Shown one piece after another: positions 48,573 through 64,000 of a stretch of DNA of 64,000 bases. The first letter of the stretch is position 1. Every line of letters starts with the position of its first letter. Source of the stretch: the human T2T-CHM13v2.0 reference genome, Homo sapiens; assembly GCF_009914755.1 (NCBI RefSeq), contig NC_060926.1; one strand, 5' to 3'. A program made the translations under genes and the position numbers. Under the pieces are notes generated by a model. It was not told the origin of the DNA and made no database searches. It was given only the letters and a program-made list of their open reading frames with translations.

Positions 48573-48880
48573 GCCCAACGCGGATGCTGAGACTGTTGTC
48601 CCAGCTACTCTGGAGGCTGAGACGGGAGGATCGCTTGAGCTCAGGAGTTCTGGTCTGTCGTGCGCTATGCTGATATGGTGTCCACACTAAGTTGGGCATC
48701 AATATGGTGACCTCCCGGAGACGGGGGCCATTAGGTTCCCTAAGGAGGGGTGAACAAGTCCAGGTCTGAAACCAAACAGGTCATAACTCCAGTGCTGATC
48801 AATAGCAGAACCGTTCCTGGGAATAGCCACTGCACTTCAGCCTGGGCAACATAGCGAGACTCTGTCTCTTAAAAAAAAAA
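48573..48880 (+). pseudogene. 7SL (SRP RNA) processed pseudogene
   Basis: Alu-domain 5' end, S-domain (CTAAGTTGGGCATCAATATGGTGACCTCCC...TAAGGAGGGGTGAAC...GTGCTGATCAATAG), 3' end GCCTGGGCAACATAGCGAGAC plus A tail; many substitutions including helix 8. Confidence 0.92.
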
Positions 48881-48897
48881 ATAAAAATTAAATTTAA

Positions 48898-49950
<1,053 letters not shown>

Positions 49951-51639
49951 ATAAACACACAAATATCTTGATAAATTTCATGTGGAACATGAGCTCAGGA
50001 GCCTTGGAAGGGACAACCAAGGCCACAAAAGATGTGTGTGACTCTAAACAGCTCTGCCTGAGAGATGCTAGGTAGAATTTGGTTTGCTCCAGACAGGAAG
50101 GGAGAAGAGTTGCTAGGGAGAGGGCCTGAAGGACTTGGGGGGTATGAGTGCAGAAGACTGAAGATCCCCAGTTAAGAAATGGATGAAGAGTATTCTATAA
50201 ATTAGGCTGCCTGATGTTCCTTTGAAAGCTGCCAACTTTTTTGTAATATCAATCCCTCCTCTGTCTCCCCTGCCCCATCTACAGTGAAATCATGAATGCT
50301 TCCTAGGAAGGGAAAGAAGGGTGGTTTGGGAGGATAGAACTTCAGCAAAGAGCTGAGTTTCATTTCTAGGTAAACGTGTTGTAGATGACGTCAGAATTAT
50401 TGGATCAAGAGCTAGGACCAAAGGAGGACCTCCCCATTCCCACCCCAAGATAATTTACAGCCATCTTGGGGAAAGGTTTGGGTGTCCGCTGGGGAAAGGT
50501 TTGGGTGTCCGCTGGGCAAAGAGTTGTTTTTAATAACAATTTCATTGAAATATAATTCCCATACCATACAATTTATTTATAATTGTAAGAGTTAAGTTTT
50601 TGGTATAGTCACAGAGTTGTGCATCCATGGCCACAATCAATTTTAGAACACTGTCATTACCACGAAAAGAAACCCTACACCCTTAGCTTTCACCTCTCAA
50701 CACCTCCCCACAATCCATTCACTCCTCAGCCCTAGGCAACTACTAACCTACTTTCTGTCCATGGATGTGTCTGTTTTATTTCATATAAATGGAAACATAC
50801 AATATGTGGTCTTTTGTGACTGGCTTCTTAGCAAAATATTTTCAAGGTTCATCCATGCATGCATCAGTACTTCATTTCTTTTTATTACCAAATAATATTT
50901 CACAGAATGGATATACCACCTTTTGTTTATCCAGCAGTTTATGGACATATGAGTTGTTTCCACTTCTTTGCTATTATGCATAATGCTACTATGAACATTC
51001 CTGTGAAAGTTGTTATGAGGACATGTTTTCATTTCTCTCAGGTAGATAACTAGCAGTGGAATTGCTGGGTTGGATGGTAACTCAGTTTAATGTTTTGAAG
51101 AACAGCCAGCTGCTTTCCAAAGTGGGTGCACCATTTTCCATTTCCCCAAGCAGTGGATGAGGTTTCCAATTTCTCCACATCCTCAGCAACGCTTATTATC
51201 TGTCCTTTTTATTATAGCCATATTAGTGGGTACAAAGTGGTATCTCATTGTGGTTTTGATTTTCATTTTCCTAACAATGAATGATGTTGGCTGTCTTTTC
51301 CCATGTTTATTGATCATTTGTATATCTTCTTTGGAGAAATATCTATTCACATCCTTTGCCCATTTTAAAGTTGGGTTGTCATTCTATTATTGAGTTGTAA
51401 GACTTGTTCACATATTTGACATACCAATTCCAGTCCTTTACCAATGATTTGCAAATATTTTCTCTCATTCTGTGTGTGTGTTGTCTGTTCACTTTCTTGA
51501 TGATGTCCTTTAAAGCAAAAAAAATTTAATTTTGATGATGTCTTGTTTATTTTTTCTTATGGTGTCATATCTAAGAACCTATTGCCTAATCCAAGGTCAC
51601 AATGATTTATGCTTATGTTTTTTTCTAAGAGTTTTATAG

Positions 51640-52258
<619 letters not shown>

Positions 52259-54267
52259 GAGTTTTACGGTTTTAACTGTTATATTTAAGTCTTTCATCCA
52301 TTGTAATATTTTATATTATGTGAGCCAGGGTTCCAATTTCATTCTTTTGCATATGGATGTTCCAGTGTCCCATGTTTTGGAGAGACTATTCTTTCTCCCA
52401 TTGAATTGTCTTAGCAAAAATCAGTTGACCATTAATGTGACAGGTGATTTCTGGACTCCAAATTTATTCCATTGATCTATATGTCCATTATTATGCTATT
52501 ACTACACTTTCTTAGTTACTGTAGATTTGTAATAAGTTTTGATTGGGAAGTGGATGTGCTTCCACTTTTCCAAGATGGTTTTGGCTGTTCTGGATCCCTT
52601 GAATTTCCACATGAATTTTAGGATCAACCTGTCAGTTTCTAAAAGGAAGCCAACCTGAATTATGAGGAGGACTGCATTAAATCTGTAGATTGATTCGGGG
52701 AGTATTGCCATCTTAGCAATATTAAATCTTCTGATCCATATCCATGGACAGGGAGTATCTTTCTATTTATTCCAGTCTTCTTTAATTTCTTTCAACTAAG
52801 TTTTGTAATTTTCAGGGAATAAGTTTTGTTCTTCTCTTAAATTTATTTCTAAGTATGTTATGCTTTTTGATGCCATTGTAAATGGGATTGTTTTCATAAT
52901 TCCATTTTCAGATTGCTCATTGCTAGTGTATAGAAATACAAATGATTTTTGATATTGATCTTGTATTCTGTAATCTTGCTGACTAATTTATTACTTTGAA
53001 TCGTTTTTAAATGAATTCCTTAGGGTTTTCAGTATACAAGATCATGTAATCTATAGAGATAGTATTACTTATTCCTTTTGAATCTGGATGCCTTTCATTT
53101 CATTTCCTTACCTAATTTCCCTGGCTAGAACCTCTAGCACAGTGTTAAATAGAGGTGGCAAGAGTGGACACCATTGTCTTGTTCCTGATCTTAAAGGGAA
53201 GTCATTCAGCTGTTCACCATTAAGCGTGATGTTAGCTGTGGGTTTTTCATAGATTTCCTTTATCAAGTTGAGGAAGTTCAATCTATTCCAAGTTTGTTGA
53301 GTGCTTTATAATAAGAGGTGTAGAATTTTGTCAAATGATCTTTTTTTGGCTACTGAGATGATCGTGGTTTTTTATCCTTTATTCCATTGATATAGTGCAT
53401 TATATTGATTTTCAGATATCAAACCAAACCTATATTCTTGGGATAAGTTCCCTTTGTCATGGTGCACAATCTTTCTTAATATGTTATTGGATATTATTTG
53501 CTAGTGTTTTATGGAGGATTTTTGCATCTATATACACAAGAGATATTGGTCTGTAATTTTTTTTTCTTGTGATGTCTTTGTCTGATTTTAGTAGCAGGGT
53601 AATACTAGCCTAATAGAATGAGTTGAAATTGTTCATTTTTCGTTTATATTTTGGGAAGACTTTGTGAATAATTTGTATTAATTCTTCTTTAAATGTTTGG
53701 TAAAATTCACCAAACATCTGGACTTGGACTTTTCTCTGTCGGCAGTTTTTACTACTAACTACTACTACTACTAACTGATTATCTTTAATTATTATATGTC
53801 TATTCAGATTTTCCATTTCTTCCTGAGTCCATTTTGGTAGGCTGTGTTATTATGGGATTTTTTTCCCTTGTTATCTAAGTTATCTAAATTGTTGGCAAGT
53901 AATTGTTCATAATATACCCTTGTACTCCTTTTTATTTCTGTAAAGTACATAGTAATGTCCCCCTTCATCTCTTATTTTAATAAATTTAGTCTTCTCTCTT
54001 TTTTTTGGTCAGTCTAGCTAAAGGTTTGCCAATTTTTAAAAAATAATTATTTTACTGATGCATAATAGATGTAGATAATTCCAGAGTACATGTGATAATT
54101 TAATAGATTCACATAATTTTTAAAGATCAAATCAGCGCACTTGGGACATTCATCACCTTAAATATTTGTCTTGTCTTTATGCTAGAAACACTCAAATTAT
54201 CCTCTCCTGGATATTTTGAAATGTACAATAGATTGTTGTAAACCATAGTCACCCTACTGATCTATCA

Positions 54268-54659
<392 letters not shown>

Positions 54660-55387
54660 TTAATTTTCCCTGTTATTTTCATCAATCTCAAAGCAGTCTC
54701 TAATTTTCCTTGTGGCTTCTTCTTTGACCTATTTGTTATTTAGGAGTGAATTGTTTAATTTCCACGGATTCGTGAATTTCTCAAGTTAATTTCTTACTCA
54801 TTTCTAATTTCATTCCCATGTGGTCAGAGAACGTTTCAATTATTTTAAACTTATCGGGTCTTGTTTTATGGTCCAGCATATTGTCTATTCTACAGAATGT
54901 TTCACGCGCACTTGAGAGGAATGTATACTCTGCTGTTGTTGGATGAAGAGTACAACAGATGTCTTTCAGGTTTAGTTGGTTGATAGTATTGTTCAAGACT
55001 TCTACTTCCTTGTTGTACTTCTGGGTACTTATTCTATCCATTACTGAAAGTGGGATATTGACGTCTTCAATTATTATTGTTGAATTGTCTATTTTTTCTT
55101 TCAATTCTGTCAGTTTTTACTTCCTATATTTTTGGACTCTGGTGTTAGGTGCTTATATGTTTATAATTGTTATATCTTTCTGATGGATTGACCCTGTTTT
55201 CATTATAAAATGTCCTCCTTTATCTCTAGTAACATACTTTGATTGTGGGTTTTATTTTGTTTTGATGTTCAAGTCTATTTTGTCTGACATTAGTGTAGCC
55301 ACTTCATCTTTCTTATGTTTACTGTTTGCATAATATATCTATTTCCTTTTCAACCTACCTGTGTCTTTGAATCTAAAGTGTCTTCTG

Positions 55388-55535
55388 GGCTGGGTGCAGT
55401 GGCTCATGCCTGTAATCTCAACACTTTTGGAGGCCAAGGTGGGAGAATCACTTGAAGCTAGTAGTTTGAGATCAGCCTGGGCAACATAGTAAGACCCTAT
55501 CACTACAAAAAATATAAATAAATAAAAAATAAAAT
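55388..55535 (+). mobile_element. FLAM
   Basis: Single left arm with A-rich tail. Confidence 0.8.
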
Positions 55536-58500
55536 GTCTCCCATAGACAGCATATAGTTGAATATTGACTTTTATCCAGTCTGACTGAGTGTTATTACTG
55601 ATATGGTAGTATATACATCTGTCATTTTACTTTTCTTTTCTTTTTGTTTTATTTATTTCTGACTTCATCACTTTTCATTTTCTGTATATGTCATGTCTTT
55701 TTCATTCCTCTGTTTCTCCTTTAATCTTTCTTTTGCATTAAGTGAATATTTTATTATGTAACATTTTAATTCCTTCAATCATTTTCCATTCTATTTTTTT
55801 CAGTTGTTTTCTTAGTGGTTACTCTAGAGCTTACTCTATTCATTTTAGCTTATCAGAATCTATTTCAGATTTATACTAACTTAATTCCAGTGAGATACTG
55901 AAACATTATTCTTCTATTACTCAATTCCCTTTTCTAACTTTTTGTACTATTGTTATACATAGCGCATATATAATATGCAAATAATACATTGTTATAATAT
56001 TGCCTTGTATAGTTTTATATCATTTAAAGAAGCTGAGAAGGATAGTAAATATATATTTATAGAGTATATTATATTAATCTTCTATACTATTTCTGGTTCT
56101 TGTTATTTGTTCTCACGGGTATGAGTTACCATCTGCTGTTATGTCTTTATTCCAATACAGATTTGCTCCCACCCACCTCATTTTTGTTGTTATTGTCAAA
56201 TAGATTACACTTCTATACATTATAGGCCCAACAATACAATCATATATGTTGTTTTATACAATTTATTTTTAAGTCAGTTAAGAGAAGGAGAAGAAATATG
56301 CATTTATATTGTTTTTGTAATTACATAGTCATCTTTACCAGTGCTCTTTGGATTTGTTTTGTTTTTATTTTGTGAAGATTCAGATTATGGTGTGGGGTCA
56401 CTTACTTCTAGTCTGAAGAACTTCCATTAGTAATTCTTGTAAGGCAGGGATGCTAGCAACAAATTTTCTGAGTTTTTGTTTGTCAGGCAATGTCTTTATT
56501 TTGCCTTTATTTTCAAAGATAGCTTTTCTGGATATAAAATTCTTAAGAGTTGTTTTTTGTTCAGCATTTTGAATATGTTACCCATTACCTTTTGGCCTCC
56601 ATTGTTTCTGATGAGAATTCAGCTATTGATCTTATTGAGGTTCCCTTGAATGTGATTTGTTCTTTTTCTCTTGCTGCTTTGAAAACTTTGTCTCTCAGCA
56701 TTTTTAGTATGATGAGCTTAGGTGTGGATATATTTGTGTTTAACTTACTTGGAGTTTGCTGAGCTTTCTTAAATGTGTAGATTAATCTTTTTCATCAAAC
56801 TTGGCTAATTTTCAGCCATTGCTTCTTCAATTACTTTCTCTGCTCTTTTCTCTCATCTCTCCTTCTGGAATTCCCATTATGAGTATGTTGGTGTGCCTAA
56901 TGGTGCCCCCCGACTTTTTTTGAGGCTCTGTTTTCCTTCATTCTTTTTTCTCTTTGTTCTTTGGATTGCATAATCTCTACTGCCTATCTTCAAGTTTGCT
57001 GATCGTTTCTTCTGCAAGTTCAAATCCACTATTGTTCCTCTCTAGTGAATTTTTTGTTTCAATTATTATACTCTGCAATTCCAGAATTCATTGGATTATT
57101 TTTTAATGGTTTACCTTATCGATAGTCTCTATTTGTTGAGAAATTGTCACCATACCTTCTTCTACTTTTTTAAATCATAGTTTCCTTTAGTTCTTTAAAC
57201 ATAGCTTTAATGGCTGGTTTGAAGTCTTGGTCTGTTAAATCTGATATCTGGCCTCTTTCATAGGCAGTTTCTGTTGTCTGCTTTTTTCCCCCTATGTATG
57301 GGTCATGTTTATTTGTATATCTCATGGTTTTTTGTTGAAAATTAAACTTTTTAGGAAATATATTGTAGTAACTCTGAATTCTGATATCCCTTCCCCCCTC
57401 TCGGGCTTGTTTTTGTTGTTTGCTTGTTTGTTTAGGGACTTGGATAGGCTCTCGTAGTGAACTCCTTTTTTCCCTCAATGTAAATCTGATTTAAGGGGTA
57501 TGACTTGTTCTTTAGGGTTCCTGTCCTGAGCAGAGCTCCCCACCCCTACAATATAGTGGGCACCCAGACACCTGCCTTCCTCCAAATCTGGTCCCAAGAG
57601 GCAGACATTCCCTCTCCCACCCATTAGAACCTGTCTTTCAAATTTTTCTTTCTCCCCCAAAAGCATTATCCACTTCCTTCCAAATGGATACTCCAGGGTG
57701 CTGTTCTGAAAGTCCTGTTTCCTACCCCATTACCACCACAGCCAGAACCCAGACTCACCACTGGAGGACTCCCAATTCTCACAGCCAAGTTCCCCCACCC
57801 TGCTCCCATTCATGAGCGAGCACGCTGCCTGGCCACAGTGAAAGTGTCAGCTTCCACAGCCTAGGCCCATCTTAGGGTGTGTTCCTGCTCAGACAAATGG
57901 ATCTCAGCACTCCAAGCATGATTCTTTAGTTTCACGTACCTGGCCATTTCTCTGGGGTGTACCACTCCTCCTGGAAGACAGCACAGGGCCAGGTTCCAAT
58001 GTCCCCTGGGTCTTCACAGTGCCCCTAGCCCACACAGCTCTTTTCTGGGACTATCCCACTGGTTCTAATTCTTTTACCCAATAGAGGCTTTAACCTCAGG
58101 AGTTTTTACTAGTCAAGCTTCAGTTGAAAGTGACAGAAGCTCAATCTAAACTAGCTTAAGCTTCAAGAGGATCCTGGGGTGGTTTAGAGAATAGATGAGG
58201 AGCATCTGGCCTTGGGCACTGGCCCTGGAGTGTACAGACAGTGCCTCTCTAGGTTCTCCCCCAACTGCTCCCTGATGGACCTGCCCCCCTCAGCCTTCCA
58301 TCTCCCTTGCCTGGAGCTGTAGAACCAGTTAATCTGGAGCCACACCCTTACCATCACCTTCCAAAGAAGAAATTGAACCTTTCTCTGGGCATTTTCTGCT
58401 GTCTGCCCTTCTCATGGTCCAGCTTCTGTTGTTCCACCAGGCGTTATCTGTTTGCCCAGCTGCATGGCTGTGACCAAGGGTCTTTAGGATAACACATTCT

Positions 58501-58614
58501 CTCCCCCCGGGGACTCTGCTAGTTTCCTGTTTCTTCCTCCCTTACTCTATTGACCCTTCTCCCTCAAAATCACCTGCAGCCTCTTGCCTCCCTGACTGAG
58601 GCAGAAAGGCCTTA

Positions 58615-58765
58615 AAGTGGTTCTCAACCCTGGCTACACACGAGAATCACCTGGAGAACTTTACAAATACCAATGCCCAGGCCCCAAACCAGATGAATTA
58701 ATCAGAATCTGTAGGGGTAAGACCCCTGCATTGGTGTTTGTACAGCCAGGGTTGCAAAACACTGG
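58615..58765 (+). mobile_element. MER5A/MER5A1
   Basis: AGTGGTTCTCAACCCTGGCT...GAATCACCTGGAGAACTTT...CAGCCAGGGTTGCAAAACACTG. Confidence 0.65.
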
Positions 58766-59796
58766 TATAGAGATGTAAGATACCCCAGTTCAAGATAGTG
58801 AGGATGAACTTGGAGAGGTACTGAGATGCTCTCTCCAACCCCACCACATACACAGGGTCCTGTTGTAATTATTAGAATCCTAACACCCCAGAAGCAACAA
58901 TAGCCCAGGAAATCTTCAAACTGTATCCCTGAAAAGCACTGTCACTTTGTCTCAACTTGAAGCCAGTTGCTAAGGCCCTACCTGGGGCAGATAGCCAGCA
59001 TGATTTGCTAGTTTTGAAGGTGTTTGCCAGGTATGCTGAGTCCTGGCTACTGGGGTTGGCAGACAAGTGCGCTCTCAGAAGACAGTACCCTGGAAAGGGA
59101 GAAACGTGATTCTGGGTGGATAATCTGTATTCTTGTCCCTCTCTGCAGGTCACTGTGGTCTTAGGGGACCTTCTGTCCTTTTCTTAGGGGAAATACCTGG
59201 AACGCTGGGGTACGGAGGAGAGACCATGGTAGGGGTGGAGTGATGTAGTCAGATATGCCCAGAGTTGACCCTGGAGCCACAGGAGCCTTCTGATAAACTT
59301 GGGGTCATTCCTGTTGAGAAGGGATGAGAATGTGGATGGCTCAGTAAGACAACACTGATTCAAGCAACAGTTATTGCTTAGCTACTCTATATTCTAAAAA
59401 GTCAAAAGGCAAACTGAGGAAAATATTGACAACAAATATAACATACATAAAGGGTCACTATGCTAATAAGTTTTACAGATCAGTAAGAAACACATTAAGG
59501 CCCTCAAAGAACCATGTGAGTAAAAGAATTCCTAGAAGACAAAACCACTGATAATTAAATGTTTAACCCTTGTTGGTAATCAAAGAGCCACATTAGAACA
59601 TCATTTCCACTACCAAATTAGTGAACATTTACTTAAAATCCTAATATCTGATGCTAGCAATGGTTTGAATAGTTCTTCTTTGAGTAATAGCAGATTCACA
59701 GGTAGTGCTTCTCTGCTAGCACTGTTCTCATTGTTTGCATTCCTTCATTCCTTGTAAAGTAGGTGCTATTATCCCCATTTTGCTGCTGTAGCAACT

Positions 59797-60883
59797 TGTA
59801 GGGACCAGCCCCACAGGGTGGGTGGGTTTTTCTCCCCGTGTGCGGAGATGAGAGATTGTAGAAATAAAGACACAAGACAAAGAGATAAAAGAAAAGACAG
59901 CTGGGCCCGGGGGACCACTACCACCAAGAGGGCAGAGATCGGTAGTGGCCCCGAATGCCTGGCTGTGCTGTTATTTATTGGATACAAGGCAAAAGGGGCA
60001 GGGTAAGGAGTGTGAGTCATCTCCAATGATTGATAAGGTCACGTGAGTCACGTGTCCACCGGACAGGGGGCCCTTCCCTGCTTGGCAGCCGAGGTGGGTG
60101 GGGGTGGGGGCGGGGACGGGGGGAGGGAGAGAGAGAGAGAGAGAGGACAGCTTACGCCATTATTTCTGTGTATCAGAGACTTTTAGTACTTTCACTAATT
60201 TTGCTACTGCTATCTAGAAGGCAGAGCCAGATGTACAGGATGGAACATGAAAGTGAAACAGGAGTGTGACCGCTGAAGTACAGCGTCACAGGGAGATGTT
60301 TAGGCCTCCAGATAACTGTGGGCGGGCCTGACTGATGTCAAGCCCTCCACAAAAGGTGGTGGAGTAAAGTCTTCTCTAAACTCCCCCTGGGAAAGGGAGA
60401 CTCCCTTTCCCGGTCTGCTAAGTAGCGGGTGCTTTTCCTTTGCATTGATGCTACCGCTAGACCACGGTCCGCCAGACCACGGTCCGCCAGACCAGGGTCC
60501 GCCAGACCACGGTCCACTTGGTAACCGGCGTCTTCCCAGACGCTGGCATTACCGCTAGATCAAGGAGCCCTCTGGTGGCCCTGTCCGGACATAACAGAAG
60601 GCTCGCACTCTTGTCTTCTGGTCACTTCTCACTATGTCCCTTTGGTTCCTATCTCTCTATGGCCTGGTTTTTCCTAGGTTATGATTATAGAGCGAGGATT
60701 ATTACAATATTGGAATAAAGAGTAATTGCTACAAACTAATGATTAACGATATTCATATATAATCACGTCTATGATCTAGATCTAGATCTAGTATAACTCT
60801 TGTTGTTTTGTATATTTTATTATACTGGAACAGCTTGTGCCCTCGGTCTCTTGCCTTGGCACCTGGGTGGCTTGCCGCCCACA
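59797..60883 (-). mobile_element. Solo LTR13/LTR13A (ERVK class)
   Basis: Minus strand begins TGTGGGCGGCAAGCCACCCAGGTGCC and ends ...GGTCCCTACA; 6-bp TSD GCAACT/GAAACT; interrupts a MIR. Confidence 0.88.
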
Positions 60884-61660
60884 GAAACTAAGTCAGATAA
60901 CTTGCCAAAAGCCACACTGCTGATGTGCAGCGCACCCGCTTCACTGCAGGTGGAAGTGGAAGTGAATAATAACCTTCCTGGAAGGCAGTCTGCAAGCCCA
61001 TATTGACAGCTGAAAAATATTCATTCCCTTTCACCTAGTGATTCGACTCCCAGGAATCCATTCTAAGAAAACAACCAGAGTTGAGCCATTTCGTTCTTGG
61101 CAGCACATGTGAAACAATGGCACATCCATTATGACGCTGGGCTCTGGTTGCGTCATAATGTACGTTTAGTATGTGGAGTGACAATGGGCGCTAGCTCGTA
61201 ATATAATGCTATTAATAAACGAAAAGAGATACAAAAAATAGTCATGATATGCATATATATTGCAATAAACCATGATTTCTGTGCGTGGTGGGATGGTAAT
61301 TTTTAATTTCCACATTGAATATTTCTGTTTTCTACTTATTAGTTTGATAATCGGAAACAAAAGCCAAGTGTCTTTGTTGTTTGTGTGTTTGATGCTGAGT
61401 TTCCCGGGCAGCAGGACTGGGAGGTTGAGTGGGGGTTTTGGCTCAGACCGGGAGCAGAGCGGCGGGTGGGGAGCGGCAGGCGGGCAGGGTCCCCGGAGGC
61501 CCCCGGGCTCTGCCCCTCCAGCTAGAGAGGCAGCCGAACCCTAGCGGCCTGGAAGGGGCCGGGAAACCGCGGCCAGCTGGCAAGGAGTGGCCCCCGGGGG
61601 CGGGGCGCCGGCGGGTGTGTGAGTAGCCCGCCCGGCCCGGGTCCGAGTTCCAGCCCCGCG

Positions 61661-61830
61661 ATGGCCTCCGCGGGCAGCACCGCTCGGCGGGCGGGCTCCG
61701 GAAGCTGGCACTCAGAAAGGGGAGAAGGGAGAGGTGCTCGGCCGCAGCCAACTCCAAGTGGCTCCATGCAGCAGGCGAACAAAGTCTCCTTGAAGGCCAC
61801 CTGGACTGACGCGGAGTCCAAGCAGCCCAG
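61661..61830 (+). CDS. ANKRD53: ANKRD53 first coding exon
   Basis: gcgATGG start; MASAGSTARRAGSGSWHSERGEGRG...DAESKQP; AG|gtgggt donor; 170 nt. Confidence 0.88.
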
Positions 61831-61950
61831 GTGGGTAGCGGGAGAAGGTGTCCCGGCTGCGGGGAGCGAGAACCCGGCCCAGCGCCTCCCTGGTGGGCAG
61901 GGCCTGGAGCGGGCGGGGGCGGAGGCTGCGGCCCGAGAAGCCCGCAGAGA

Positions 61951-62115
61951 CAGGCTGGGGCCAGGGATCGCCTCCCGAGAGGTGCCTAGGCCGTGGCCCA
62001 GAGTCGCTTCCCCACTGCCCCGCCCACCAGCCAGGCGGGGGCCAGGGATCGCCTCCCGAGAGGTGCCCGGGCCGTGGCCCAGAGTCGCTTCCCCACTGCC
62101 CCGCCCTCCAGCCAG
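61951..62115. repeat. 81-bp tandem duplication at the ANKRD53 intron 1/exon 2 junction
   Basis: Copies at 61951-62031 and 62032-62112, about 4 mismatches. Confidence 0.95.
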
Positions 62116-62358
62116 CCCCTGCCCGACCTCGCAGACCACCTCAGTGCGCAGGCGACTGCCCTCGCCAGGCCGCGCCGCCCTGCCTCGCTCACCCCGCCCC
62201 GCGCTGACCCCAGCCCCAGCAAGGAGTCCGACCAGACGGCAATCGACCAGACGGCGATCGGGAGCTACTACCAGCTGTTCGCAGCGGCTGTGGGCAACGT
62301 GGAATGGCTGCGATTCTGTCTGAACCAGAGCCTCAGGGAAATCCCCACCGACGACAAG
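62112..62358 (+). CDS. ANKRD53: ANKRD53 coding exon 2
   Basis: ctccag|CCAGCCC in phase; SQPLPDLADHLSAQ...YQLFAAAVGNVEWLRFCLNQSLREIPTDDK|gtaagg. Confidence 0.88.
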
Positions 62359-62675
62359 GTAAGGTCTTGAGTGTTGGGGCAAAGACCGAGGTCCCTCTCC
62401 CGCTACGCTGCTCGGAGTGGTCACCTGGAGAAGAGATATCCTTTTCTGGGTAGATCTTCCTAATTTAACTCATCTTCTGGCTGTGGAAGGACCATTTTGG
62501 GGGCAGGGAGGTTGGGTGGGCTGATGAACACACACTGGTTAATTAGCAAAAGGGTGTGAGCATTCCTGGGGACACAGGGAAGAAAGTGAAGGTAACCCCA
62601 ATAAATTTATATAAATTGTGGACCCTGGGACCTCAGTCCCACTCAGCCTCCTCCTGCCTGCTCTGAACCTCACAG

Positions 62676-62875
62676 GGCTTCACTGCCATCCACTTCGCCG
62701 CCCAATGGGGCAAGCTTGCATGCCTGCAGGTCCTGGTAGAGGAGTACAAGTTTCCCGTGGACCTGCTGACCAACAATAGCCAGACACCCCTGCACCTCGT
62801 CATCCACAGGGACAACACCACCGTGGCCCTCCCCTGCATCTACTACCTGCTGGAGAAAGGCGCAGACCTCAATGC
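62676..62875 (+). CDS. ANKRD53: ANKRD53 coding exon 3 (ankyrin repeats); gene continues beyond the window
   Basis: [67 protein letters not shown]; TPLH ankyrin motif; AG/GT boundaries. Confidence 0.92.
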
Positions 62876-62894
62876 GTGAGTCCAGCCTGCTTCA

Positions 62895-63980
<1,086 letters not shown>

Positions 63981-64000
63981 ATAAACACCTGTGTTCCAAT

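Larger units (their letters stand above)
61440..62420. promoter_or_regulatory. ANKRD53 promoter CpG island
   Basis: Dense CpG and GC boxes (GGGGCGGGG near 61597) spanning exons 1-2. Confidence 0.85.

Noticed and set aside
61522-62424. 300-aa minus-strand ORF
   Set aside because: Antisense shadow of the ANKRD53 CpG island and the 81-bp repeat; stop-poor because of GC content.

Overview
Human (primate) genomic DNA, recognisable as the 2p13.3 VAX2 - ATP6V1B1 - ANKRD53 region, with all three genes on the + strand. The window holds the last two coding exons of homeobox gene VAX2 (4137-4324, 15820-16257), the complete 14-exon V-ATPase B1 subunit gene ATP6V1B1 (19005-48123; exon lengths sum to 1542 nt), and the first three coding exons of ANKRD53 (61661-62875, continuing past the window). 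ATP6V1B1 intron 2 carries an antisense ELOC/TCEB1 retrocopy with an unbroken ORF. A 7SL pseudogene follows the ATP6V1B1 polyA site, and a solo LTR13 lies just upstream of ANKRD53. There are about 30 Alus, long antisense L1M remnants, and L2, MIR, MER5A, Charlie and MER21 fragments. Most six-frame ORFs are spurious or repeat-derived. Best oddities: (1) the ATP6V1B1 first codon is ACG in this haplotype; (2) an 81-bp tandem duplication copies the ANKRD53 exon-2 splice acceptor in frame; (3) a 54-bp near-perfect palindrome and several other template-switch-like fold-backs sit inside old L1 sequence; (4) the intact ELOC retro-ORF is changed at Y79 and A100. I see no evidence of a wholly new multi-gene system. 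Gene, protein and repeat identities come from recalled sequences, not from database searches.
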